Shown here: positions 30,623-40,277 of the stretch, piece by piece
Layout of the letters: each line of letters opens with the position of its first letter
How positions within the stretch are numbered: position 1 is the first letter of the stretch
From: Promethearchaeota archaeon
GTDB taxonomy: Archaea > Asgardarchaeota > Lokiarchaeia > Sigyniarchaeales > SOKP01
NCBI GenBank assembly: GCA_016839555.1
Contig: JAEOUA010000009.1
Coordinates: 1 to 64,000, forward strand
Direction: 5' to 3'
DNA: 64,000 bases
Notes under the pieces: generated by a model
Database searches by the model: none
What the model was told of the DNA's origin: nothing
What the model saw: only the letters and a program-made list of their open reading frames with translations
Translations under genes and position numbers: made by a program

Positions 30623-31831
30623 TTATTCAAGATGTCTACAGGATTTTAAAACCTTTATTGCACGTTCAATATCGTTAGAATTATTGTAATAATTTATGGC
30701 AAATCTGATTAATGTGTCTTTAGATGATTTAGGATATCTTTTTAATGTGGTAAATACATTATTTCTAGTTAAATATCGGTGTATTTTTTTTGCGTTAGGG
30801 TGTTCTAATGTTATTATTCCTGATCTATAATGAACATCTATAGGTGTGATTATATTAAAGTTGAAAGCTTGAATTTCATCTAAAAATTGAGAGGTTAAAT
30901 TGATGATTCTTTTTTGAATTTCTTTTACTCCTGCTTGTAGATTTCCATTTCCAATTTTATGTTTAACAAGGATTAATCCCCCTTTTAAGGTTAATAGAGA
31001 GGCAAAATTCGGACATCCTCCTAAAGTATCTAAAGATCGAGTTTTTTGTATAACATTTACATTTTCATTATCCATAGCAAAAGGATCATCCACAGAAAGC
31101 CAACTTGTAAAGGGTAATTGATAATTTTCAATTAATTCCTTTTTAATATAGATAATACCCACTCCATATCCACATCCAAGCCACTTTAAAGCATTGGAAA
31201 TAAGAATATCGATGTTAGATTTTTTTACATCGATCTCGAACGCTCCGAAAGCCTGTGTAGAATTTATAATATTTATTAAGTTATTATCATTGCAAAATAA
31301 ACCCAATTCATATAAATCTTGTTTAAAACCATTAAAAGATTGCACATGACTATGAACGACATATTTTGTTTTGCTTGATAAATAATTATTAAATGATTCT
31401 ACAAGATATATCCCCCCCTTATCATCTATTTTTTTACAAGGGTATCCCAGTCGTTTAAACATATGAATTGACGCAGGAAATTCAATAGAAGGATATAATA
31501 CTTCTCCTTTTTCTTCTCTGAACATGTAAGCAGCAACAGCAATTCCGGAGCTAGTATTGATTAAAAATGCTATTTCATGAGGTTTAACATTAATATATTC
31601 CGAAATTAATTTCCTTACTTCTTCTAATTCCATAAAAAACTTTTCATGGTCAATATCTCCATAATTAAACATTTTCGTAAAATAATCCATTCCCATTTCA
31701 TATGAACTTTTATTCATTAACGACGCGCCGGCATGTAAGAAATAGGTTAAATTATTTTTTTTAATAGAGGGATACTCTTCATTCCGTATTTGCTCCCAAT
31801 TAATCGACATTTTTTTTTCACTATCCTTCAA
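30623..31831 (-). CDS. Class V PLP-dependent aminotransferase / cysteine desulfurase-like
   Basis: NTSSG, EFPAS, TQAFG, KWLG, RSGI and YYN. Confidence 0.85.
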   Translation of the reverse strand: MKDSEKKMSINWEQIRNEEYPSIKKNNLTYFLHAGASLMNKSSYEMGMDYFTKMFNYGDIDHEKFFMELEEVRKLISEYINVKPHEIAFLINTSSGIAVAAYMFREEKGEVLYPSIEFPASIHMFKRLGYPCKKIDDKGGIYLVESFNNYLSSKTKYVVHSHVQSFNGFKQDLYELGLFCNDNNLINIINSTQAFGAFEIDVKKSNIDILISNALKWLGCGYGVGIIYIKKELIENYQLPFTSWLSVDDPFAMDNENVNVIQKTRSLDTLGGCPNFASLLTLKGGLILVKHKIGNGNLQAGVKEIQKRIINLTSQFLDEIQAFNFNIITPIDVHYRSGIITLEHPNAKKIHRYLTRNNVFTTLKRYPKSSKDTLIRFAINYYNNSNDIERAIKVLKSCRHLE

Positions 31832-32004
31832 AACCGTAATACTAATTTTAATATATTGTATTTTAAAATTTTAATGAGGAATTGGTTAATTATTTGGATC
31901 TTTTTTTAATCATTATTTTTACTCCCTATTCCTTTTTATCAACAGATTCATATTATTAAAATGAACTAATAAGGTAAAAGTTACCATTAAAAAATTAAAT
32001 ATTT

Positions 32005-32330
32005 TCACAAACATTTCAAATTATGCTCAAACTTATATAGATCTAAATCTCTCCGATAATTGTAAAGATATGCATCTCTAATGTTGGTTTTCGTGGAAAA
32101 AAAGATGAAAGTTAAATTTGTCGCTCTTTTGCTGATCTTTTCTATCAATTCTTAAATAAGATTAAATGTTTTCTCATCAATCTGGTTAAAATTATAGTAA
32201 TATTGCTTTTTATAGCTATTGTAAACGAATCTATTAACCAAATGTTATCCCTCGCTATTATAAAATAAGAGGAATCTCCACAATTTCCACATTTTGAATT
32301 ATCAAAAATTTCTTTGAAGCCCTTTTACAT
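32005..32330 (-). pseudogene. Degraded ORF remnant with a CGNCG motif
   Basis: ATG-TAA followed by KGFKEIFDNSKCGNCG, then protein-like segments in a second frame broken by stops. Confidence 0.35.
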
Positions 32331-32506
32331 TAAAAAGCTATTAATATTAATATTATAGATATAATTAAATTTATTTTAAATTCTAGGAGGATCATCTAAA
32401 AAAAATAGATTTAAATATATTGAAAATCCAAATACTATCTGTTTATTAATTTTTTAATTAATTAAATATTTATATAAAAAAATCAAATTAAAAGGGGTGA
32501 TTTTAA

Positions 32507-33265
32507 ATGGCACTCGATCTTAGAGAATGGATTGAAAGTATCACTGCACCAAGTGGAGTGTTGATCGATCCAGTAGGTTGGATTGATGGAATTACTGGTT
32601 CTATTGTAGTTTTAACTGGTTGCATTTTAGGATTGTATTTCATTTATAAATCGAAAAAGTTGGGAGCAAATCTACTCTTAAAACTCGGACTGGTTATGAT
32701 TTTAGCTGGTCTTGCTTTTCTAGGAGTATTTCTGGATTTTCTGGTTGTTTTATTCACAGGAGTAAATATTAGTAACATATATGGGTTAGTAGGCCTTCTA
32801 AGTTATGTATGGATGGCACCTTTAATAGTCCTTGGGATAAATATTGGAGCTGAGATAATTATTCCTGAAAAGAAATGGTATATTACTTCAGTATTTATAA
32901 TCTTGATGATTATTTTTGAAATATTTATATTTATAGATCCTTTAGGTTCTTTTAATTTTGTATATCCCCCGAACCCTGGAAATGCGTTGATTGATTATAA
33001 TGCTAATTTAGCTTCTTTTGCAGGTATCATGATGATTATTTTCATTTTGTCGATAATAATCTTTCTTGGAATTGGCTTTTTAATTAAGGCTATTCAATCA
33101 ACTGGAGATCTACGAAAGAAATTTTTAATATTAACAATTGGCGTATTTATGTATACTATATTTGGTCTTCTTGAATCTATAATGGAGCCAGGTTTTCTAT
33201 TAATTCCTGTTAGAGTGGGTTATATTACCGGTCCTGTATTTATGTATGTAGGATTGAAAAGTTAA
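32507..33265 (+). CDS. Standalone ~7-TM membrane protein
   Basis: About seven TM segments; LRKKFLILTIG and a YVG end; SD GGGGTGA upstream. Confidence 0.75.
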   Translation: MALDLREWIESITAPSGVLIDPVGWIDGITGSIVVLTGCILGLYFIYKSKKLGANLLLKLGLVMILAGLAFLGVFLDFLVVLFTGVNISNIYGLVGLLSYVWMAPLIVLGINIGAEIIIPEKKWYITSVFIILMIIFEIFIFIDPLGSFNFVYPPNPGNALIDYNANLASFAGIMMIIFILSIIIFLGIGFLIKAIQSTGDLRKKFLILTIGVFMYTIFGLLESIMEPGFLLIPVRVGYITGPVFMYVGLKS

Positions 33266-33625
33266 TATAATGGCATTAAATAAATTTTTTCTTACTTTTT
33301 CTAATTATTAATAAATTTAGAAGTAAAAATAAATTAAAAGAATTAGTTATTGCATGTTAATTAATTGCTTAAAATCATAAATAATAATTAAACATGGCAT
33401 TTTTCTAATAATTCACGAATTTAAAAAGAATTATTATTCTATTATGAATTCCCAGGCACAATTGTACTTATTTGGATGATTATTAGGAGGGAGAATAGTT
33501 ATTCTCTAACATAGACCCTTATTATGGATTTTTTATGGTAAATTGCATTAAAATTATAAAGGGTTATTTTTACTAGTTTCTAAATAACTTATTAAATTTA
33601 AGATGTTTTAGTCGGCTTTACAGAT

Positions 33626-34627
33626 ATGAAGAAAGAATGGCCTTATGCGTATAGTTTAATTAATTATTATGATAAATATTTAGGAACAAGAGAATCAATC
33701 ATCGAAATTGTTGAATTAGCAAAAGAAAAAGGCTATACTTCTCCCGATCTTATCAAAATTTATGCTAATTTTAGCGATGAAACAATGATTGTGCCTAAAA
33801 AACTCTATTCGAAAGAAGACTTAGATTCAAAAAGTCCAATAAAAGAATATGAATTTGTTTCAAAAGAAAAATTAAAAGCGATTGAAAAAAAGATATATAA
33901 AATCTTGGATATCCGAGAAAGGAAATGTTGGAACTGCGGAGTAGAATTAGATTTTCAGGATTATTATAAATCTAATCCACAATTAACGAAAACACGAGCT
34001 CTAGAATTATGGGAACATAAAAATATCGAATTTTATTGCTGCTCCTGCTATAAATTTATAAAAAGCAGTATTGAGGCAGAACAAAGATATATACAATTAA
34101 AACATGCTCAAAAAGAGATATTTGAACAACTTCCTCAAGACACTAAACAAAAAATACAATTTTTAGAAAAAGAAATTGGGGGTAATATACCTGCTATATC
34201 AGAATTCATAGCTGATTCATTTCCAAAAAATGTTGGTTTTGTTCATAAAGAAGGAGAAATCATTGGCCTCTCTCTTTATTATTATGGATTGAGAACTGTC
34301 CCCGAAACCTTAAAATCTTTTCAATCCCTTGAATTTTTAGATCTAATTGGAAATAAATTAAGCGAATTGCCTGAGTGGATTGGATCCTTAAAAAATTTGA
34401 AATATTTAAATTTATTAGCAAATAGATTAGAATTTCTCCCCGAATCCATTGGGAACTTAAAAAATCTGAAATATCTAAATTTAAGCTTTAATAATATAGT
34501 AGAACTACCGCAATCGATAAGAGTATTATCCTCATTGAAAACAATCTTCCTTTGGGCAAATAGAATTAAAAATTTAACTGATTTTTTACCAGATTTTAAA
34601 GATAAGGAAATTTATGTAGTAATGTAG
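33626..34627 (+). CDS. Zn-finger plus leucine-rich repeat protein
   Basis: CWNCG...CCSC; C-terminal 23-aa LRRs LxxLxLxxNxLxxLPxxIGxLxx. Confidence 0.9.
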   Translation: MKKEWPYAYSLINYYDKYLGTRESIIEIVELAKEKGYTSPDLIKIYANFSDETMIVPKKLYSKEDLDSKSPIKEYEFVSKEKLKAIEKKIYKILDIRERKCWNCGVELDFQDYYKSNPQLTKTRALELWEHKNIEFYCCSCYKFIKSSIEAEQRYIQLKHAQKEIFEQLPQDTKQKIQFLEKEIGGNIPAISEFIADSFPKNVGFVHKEGEIIGLSLYYYGLRTVPETLKSFQSLEFLDLIGNKLSELPEWIGSLKNLKYLNLLANRLEFLPESIGNLKNLKYLNLSFNNIVELPQSIRVLSSLKTIFLWANRIKNLTDFLPDFKDKEIYVVM

Positions 34628-34726
34628 CGTTTTTGAATTAGCAGACTTATTCAAATTAATAATTCAGCTAAATCATACTATATTATAGTATATTGATATA
34701 AAAAGAAAAAATAAAAAGAAATTAAA

Positions 34727-36457
34727 CTACGCATTCACTATTTTTATCTTTGGAGCATATTGTGCTTGGACAGAATAATTATTGAAATTTATACTGTAAT
34801 GATCCCTCCAATGATGCTTTACATCTTCCAATGCTGCTTCATAGCTGCTCTCCTTAATCTTTCCTTCAGAAACAATTGTCACACCCATAGGAGCAGCAGT
34901 TATTTCTCCATCTTGAACTACAATCTCTCCATCTTTAATGGTGTATGCAGCGTTTGAGAAGGCTTTTTCAATCGAATGTCCATCCATATTATTCGGATCA
35001 AGGTCATAAATAGACACATCTCCAATTGCTCCTACGCCAAGATGCCCTCGATCTTGTAATCCAAGGCATTTCGCGGTACCAGCACGGGTCATAATACAAA
35101 GTTCTTCTAAGGTTAATTCGCGGTCAATGTCTTTAAGACTAGTCTGAGTGGTTGCTTTATTAGAGACCGTATTATCAAGCATATCATCACGAGTCTTCTT
35201 GTCCATTAACCATCTAATTACTTTTGGATAATATACAAATGGTCCTCCGTTGGGATGATCCGTAGTCATTGCTATTTGCCATGGATTTTTAACTAATAAT
35301 GCCAATTCAAGTCCAATTGCCCATTGAATTGCATTCACTCCGACTTTAGGATTAAAATGATATGGAACTATTCCAGAGCTAGACTCACCTTCCACTTGAC
35401 CATTTATCCATTTAACACCCGGCTTTGCGCCCCATGCACTCATTCCACTAAGATGGTGTAGGGCAAACTCCCATGGACCATCAGCTGTCATTGTGGTGGT
35501 GGCTGCTTTAGCAAAAATTACTTGGCCCATATCTATTGTAATATGATCATGATGATTAAGATATTCAGCGATTTCACCAGCTCCTGATGCAAAATTGCCC
35601 CAATTTGTTCCAGCATATGCATTAAATTGACAATGGGTCAAATGAAATACGCTATCTCGTCCTTTTTTAGGATCAATTTTTTCCATCGTTTTAAAGAGCT
35701 CTATAGTGTCTTTATAATTTCCAGGATGACCAAGATTATTTCCATGAACATGAATAGTGTGAGGGAGCTCTAGCATTTCATTAGCTTTTCCTAATCCCTC
35801 AACAATATCTCGTGGTGAAACACCCCAATGCAACACATCATCATCAAGGCTTTCTACATTTTTGCCCCATGCCCAATTCTCACATCCACCAGGATTTACG
35901 ATTTTCACCGCATATCCCTTGGTGGCTTTTAATATCCAGGCAATATAACCCGCTAACTTTTCCCATTCCTTCTCTCTTATGAACTCCATTACATACCAAT
36001 TATTTCCCAAGAGAGGAAAGGCAGCTTTATCAATTATAGGAGTTGCCAAAAATTCCTCATGAGTATGACGTGCTTCTAATAAAGGCATTGCTGGTTCAAT
36101 AACAGTAGTATATCCCAGTTTGGCATAACGATATCCTGTTACCCATGTAGAGGGAACTGAATACCCACAACCACTTCTAGTATTTTTCCCTTTAGCTACG
36201 GGGTCAATAAAATGGTCTTCAGGCCTGAAAGCTCTACCGCTATTAACTTTTGCTCCAGCAATGTGAGAATGGATATCAACCCCCCCAGGCATTACTACCA
36301 TCCCAGAGGCATCGATAACTTTCGCATCTTTGTCTGCCTTATCTACAACTACACCGTCCTTGATATGAATATCCCTTTTTTCACCATTTAGATTGTTAAT
36401 GGGATCATATACAAGCCCATTTTTAATTGTTATAGATTTTTTCATGAAATTCCACAA
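34727..36457 (-). CDS. fwdA: Formylmethanofuran dehydrogenase subunit A
   Basis: PGGVDIHSH, YAKLGYT, KIVNPGG, HVHGNNLG, MTADGP and TTDHPNGGP. Confidence 0.95.
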   Translation of the reverse strand: MWNFMKKSITIKNGLVYDPINNLNGEKRDIHIKDGVVVDKADKDAKVIDASGMVVMPGGVDIHSHIAGAKVNSGRAFRPEDHFIDPVAKGKNTRSGCGYSVPSTWVTGYRYAKLGYTTVIEPAMPLLEARHTHEEFLATPIIDKAAFPLLGNNWYVMEFIREKEWEKLAGYIAWILKATKGYAVKIVNPGGCENWAWGKNVESLDDDVLHWGVSPRDIVEGLGKANEMLELPHTIHVHGNNLGHPGNYKDTIELFKTMEKIDPKKGRDSVFHLTHCQFNAYAGTNWGNFASGAGEIAEYLNHHDHITIDMGQVIFAKAATTTMTADGPWEFALHHLSGMSAWGAKPGVKWINGQVEGESSSGIVPYHFNPKVGVNAIQWAIGLELALLVKNPWQIAMTTDHPNGGPFVYYPKVIRWLMDKKTRDDMLDNTVSNKATTQTSLKDIDRELTLEELCIMTRAGTAKCLGLQDRGHLGVGAIGDVSIYDLDPNNMDGHSIEKAFSNAAYTIKDGEIVVQDGEITAAPMGVTIVSEGKIKESSYEAALEDVKHHWRDHYSINFNNYSVQAQYAPKIKIVNA

Positions 36458-36630
36458 TAAATAAGTTGATTATATGTTTATATGTTTAAACTTTCTATCA
36501 AATAAAATAAATTATTTTTATTAAGATTTATTCAAATAAAATATAATAATTTTCAATTAGATAAGGAAAGGATCAAAGAAAGAGAGAGAGAAATAAAATC
36601 TTCTTTAATCCTGTAATATGTGATCTTATT

Positions 36631-37515
36631 ATGATCTGGAAAACAAGAATTACTGAGATAACCGGTATTAGATATCCTTTATTAATGGGTGCTTTTGGTG
36701 GATGGGGAAAATCTGAATTTGCGTCAATATTTTCAAATTTAGGAGGATTAGGCGTGATTCCCGCAATGAATTTTCCTAAATTTGAAGATTTTAGAGAGGA
36801 TCTTAGAAAGATGAAACAATTAACTAAGAATCCATTTAGTGTGAATCTTTCATTGCCGCATGGGGGATTTAATATTCAAGAGAAAAAAACTAGGACGAAG
36901 GCGGATTATTTAAAATATGTTGAGATCGCTCTGGATGAAGGAGTAAAAATTTTCACGACTTCTGGATATAAAGCTGGTTTTTTGGAACAGAAAATCCATG
37001 CTGGAGGAGCCTTATGGTTTCACAAATGTGTTCTAATTAAGCACGCTCTATCTGCCGAAAAAGTTGGTGCTGATGCGGTGACTATTGTTGGTTTGGAAGG
37101 AACAGGATTTAAGCACCCAAATACTAATACTACATTAGTTAACATGACAATGGCCAGAAAATTATTGAAGATACCAATTATCGCAGCAGGGGGGATTGGT
37201 GATGCAAGAGGATTTCTTGCAGCACTTTTTTCAGGTGCTGATGCAGTATGTTTGGGAACAGCATTGATGGCCGCTGAAGAATGTCCTGCCCCAGAGAAAG
37301 CTAAGAAAAAATGGACGAATATTGATATATTTAATGAGGATTTTTACGAGACTATTTTTCATTATAATATAAAACACTTTATGGCTCCTTCTATGGCGAT
37401 AGGACATCAGAGAAAAATACTTCCTATGAAAGACATTATAGATAATATAATAAAGGGAGCTAAAGAGATATTGCTCTCTGTGGGCTTCAACTCTAATTCA
37501 TTTAGTTTGATCTGA
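36631..37515 (+). CDS. Nitronate monooxygenase / FabK-like flavin oxidoreductase
   Basis: TRITE..GIRYP, GLEGTG, IAAGGIGDARG and GADAVCLGT. Confidence 0.88.
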   Translation: MIWKTRITEITGIRYPLLMGAFGGWGKSEFASIFSNLGGLGVIPAMNFPKFEDFREDLRKMKQLTKNPFSVNLSLPHGGFNIQEKKTRTKADYLKYVEIALDEGVKIFTTSGYKAGFLEQKIHAGGALWFHKCVLIKHALSAEKVGADAVTIVGLEGTGFKHPNTNTTLVNMTMARKLLKIPIIAAGGIGDARGFLAALFSGADAVCLGTALMAAEECPAPEKAKKKWTNIDIFNEDFYETIFHYNIKHFMAPSMAIGHQRKILPMKDIIDNIIKGAKEILLSVGFNSNSFSLI

Positions 37516-37575
37516 GATGTATTCAATTATCGTATATACCATAAGGTATAAAAACCTCAAATTCAAACTAATATT

Positions 37576-39063
37576 ATGAATAAATCTAAAAAACAAACTG
37601 AGAAAAAATCTCCAAATTTACGTCATCCTAGATATATTATCGCATCTTTCGAGTTAGGACAGTTTGTCTGGTTTATGCTAAATCAAGGCTTTCGAATGAG
37701 AACCTTGAATTATTATCAAGGGGTATTACATTTAGATCCTACTCTCTTTCTAATTGCTTTTGCGCTTTTTACGGTTTATAATATGCTTAATGATCCTCTA
37801 ATAGGTCATCTTTCGGATAGATCCACCCGATTCGTGAAAAAATGGGGGAAACGATTCCCTTTTATTCTAATGGGTGCAATTCCATTTTGTTTTGTACCAA
37901 TATTCCTATTTACTTCACCCTTTATTGATTCTCTTGCAAACCCCCAATTAATTAACCAAATTGCAATATTTATTTGGATGATATTATGGATGTTTTTATT
38001 TGATGGTCTTTTTTCTCTGTGGGATGTAAATAGAATCTCCCTATTTCCCAAAAAATTTACAACCAATGATGAACGAACGTTAGCTGGGCTTTATGAAGCT
38101 ATTATGGATACATTTGGAATTGCATTAGGTTTTTTAATACCTATAATTGTTTTCGCGGTATTTCAGAAGACTTTATTTGGATATACCCTTCAGGCAGTTA
38201 TTATGTCAATTATTTCATTTGTATTAATCTTATTAATGATACCAGGAGTACGAGAGCCGGAGGAATTAAGAGAACGACAATTAAAAATTGATCAATTAGA
38301 AAAAAGTAGTTTCTTTGGTGGAATGAAAATAGCATTAAAAGACAGACATTTTGTGGGCTATGTTATTCTTTTTACATGCTATTCGATTACAATGGGAATG
38401 GTGATGAGTGGGATTCCTTGGTTTGTTTCGGATATTCTTGGATTAGGGGCTTTGGGAGAACTTGCTTTTCTGGGCTATGTTGTCGCAGTTCCTATTACAG
38501 CACCCCTCTGGTATAGATTAGCAAAAAAAATTGGTATACGCAAGGTTACTTTTATAGGAGCAATATTTTTAGCTGTTTCAGGATTAGTCTTAGTTTTTGT
38601 TCCATCAGGAATGGCTGGATTTATATTCACTACTGTGGTAGCAGTAATGACTGGTTTGGTGGATGGAGCAATGGAAAGCATGGTAATGCCGATATTTTCA
38701 TCTATTGTTGATCAGCAAACGCTAAAATATAGGAAACGAGAGGAAGGTTTATACAGAGGAGTTGTAGTTTTTTTTCAGAGACTTTCATTCTTTATTGGTT
38801 TTTTGCTTTTATATATAGTGCAGGTGTATTTTGGATATACACATGTAGAACCTCCAGAATGGTTAATAGATTTACCAGCATTTATCCAAGAGATTTATAT
38901 CCCCAAAAACACACCTTTTGGTCTGTTGGGCTTAAGATTTTATATTTCGTTGTTTCCACTTATAACAATGATTATAGGAGCGACCTCTTTCTGGTTATTA
39001 TATAGAATAACTCCAGAAAAATTACAAGAAAATATTCTTGAGCTAGAAAAGCTTGGACTCTAG
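37576..39063 (+). CDS. MFS transporter, GPH (glycoside-pentoside-hexuronide) family
   Basis: NDPLIGHLSDR...WGKRFPF, RREEG-like KREEGLY and 12-TM pattern. Confidence 0.9.
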   Translation: MNKSKKQTEKKSPNLRHPRYIIASFELGQFVWFMLNQGFRMRTLNYYQGVLHLDPTLFLIAFALFTVYNMLNDPLIGHLSDRSTRFVKKWGKRFPFILMGAIPFCFVPIFLFTSPFIDSLANPQLINQIAIFIWMILWMFLFDGLFSLWDVNRISLFPKKFTTNDERTLAGLYEAIMDTFGIALGFLIPIIVFAVFQKTLFGYTLQAVIMSIISFVLILLMIPGVREPEELRERQLKIDQLEKSSFFGGMKIALKDRHFVGYVILFTCYSITMGMVMSGIPWFVSDILGLGALGELAFLGYVVAVPITAPLWYRLAKKIGIRKVTFIGAIFLAVSGLVLVFVPSGMAGFIFTTVVAVMTGLVDGAMESMVMPIFSSIVDQQTLKYRKREEGLYRGVVVFFQRLSFFIGFLLLYIVQVYFGYTHVEPPEWLIDLPAFIQEIYIPKNTPFGLLGLRFYISLFPLITMIIGATSFWLLYRITPEKLQENILELEKLGL

Positions 39064-39106
39064 AATATTTTTTATATATTTTTTTATTTTAAAATAAAAC
39101 TTAAAA

Positions 39107-39520
39107 TTATTGTTTATCAAGAGTCAGATTGCATAATTTATCGCATTCTTGAATGTATTTATGAGTTCTTTTTACATGCTTGAACTGAATATCTTCAAAC
39201 TCCTTTTTCAATTCTTGAATTTTATTATAATAGACTTGAAGGTGTTTTTCTCGCACTTTATAGATATTGTTTAATTGACGAATTATTAATTGACTATCAG
39301 AATGTACTAAAATTTTTTGGTCAGAATACTTCTGGGCTTCCATTAAAGCATTAATGATTGCTTTATATTCCGCAGAATTATTAGTGGTTTCCCCAATATA
39401 TGAGCTTCTCGATTTTATAATCTTATTATTTTTTATTATTAAATAAGCAATAGCTGCTGGTCCTGGATTTCCTCGTGCTGCACCATCTGTAAAGATTAAT
39501 AATGTATCCATTTTAACCAA
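39107..39520 (-). CDS. rnhA: Ribonuclease HI (archaeal type)
   Basis: FTDGAARGNPGPA, TNNSAEY, SDSQL and HVKR. Confidence 0.93.
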   Translation of the reverse strand: MVKMDTLLIFTDGAARGNPGPAAIAYLIIKNNKIIKSRSSYIGETTNNSAEYKAIINALMEAQKYSDQKILVHSDSQLIIRQLNNIYKVREKHLQVYYNKIQELKKEFEDIQFKHVKRTHKYIQECDKLCNLTLDKQ

Positions 39521-39611
39521 TAATTAAAGGAAATTAATAATTTAATATATTAATATATTGATAAATTATGTTTTTCTTTATTTTATAACTTTATATTTAA
39601 ATTCCGCGTAG

Positions 39612-40277
39612 TTAAGCTTTATTAGATAAAATTCTTTTTATTTTATTTAAATCATTCATCTCATTAATATTAATGAAGGTTGTCAATTTTCTATCTAATG
39701 GTTTGATTTCTTTTTCAACTGAAATATAGTGAATATTCCAATCTCTTTCAAAAAACCCTAATAATTTATAATCTTTCTTTTTTAACATTTCTTTTGCTGC
39801 TTTTAAACCCTTTTCTATTGGATATATAGCAAATAAGGGTTCTAAATACCCATTTTTCCATCGTGGAATGCAGCAATCATAATCATCGCAGCTCTTTAAA
39901 ATTAAATCTAAAATTTCATATTTTATCAAGGGCATATCACAAGAAATTATAAAAACTTTAGAAATCTCCTTAAATCTGCTTAGTTCTTTAAAGATTGAAT
40001 ATAATCCGATTAATGGGGTAAATATATTAGAATCATCTAATAATTCCAAATCATCTATTATAAAAGCAGTTATTTTTTCATAGTCAATAGAATTGAGATA
40101 GTCTTGAACTTGTGTTTTTGAACGAGTAACTAACAAAATTTTTGTATTAAATCTAGAAAGCGTATCAAGTTGATAAGAAATGAGGGGTTTTCCGTATAAT
40201 TTATAAGTACCTTTATCTATTGATCCGAAACGCTTACTTTTTCCTCCCACTAATATACCAAACGGAATCTCTAAAAT
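39612..40277 (-). CDS. mobA: Molybdenum cofactor guanylyltransferase; start probably ATT (40268 or 40277)
   Basis: IPFGILVGGKSKRFG..DKG, SCDMP, EPLFAIY and FININ; the first beta strand lies upstream of the tracked GTG. Confidence 0.85.
   Translation of the reverse strand: MLEIPFGILVGGKSKRFGSIDKGTYKLYGKPLISYQLDTLSRFNTKILLVTRSKTQVQDYLNSIDYEKITAFIIDDLELLDDSNIFTPLIGLYSIFKELSRFKEISKVFIISCDMPLIKYEILDLILKSCDDYDCCIPRWKNGYLEPLFAIYPIEKGLKAAKEMLKKKDYKLLGFFERDWNIHYISVEKEIKPLDRKLTTFININEMNDLNKIKRILSNKA

Noticed and set aside
33491-34691. Short palindromes GAGAATAGTTATTCTC (33491-33506) and ATACTATATTATAGTAT (34675-34691)
   Set aside because: AT-rich single occurrences expected by chance; no supporting context
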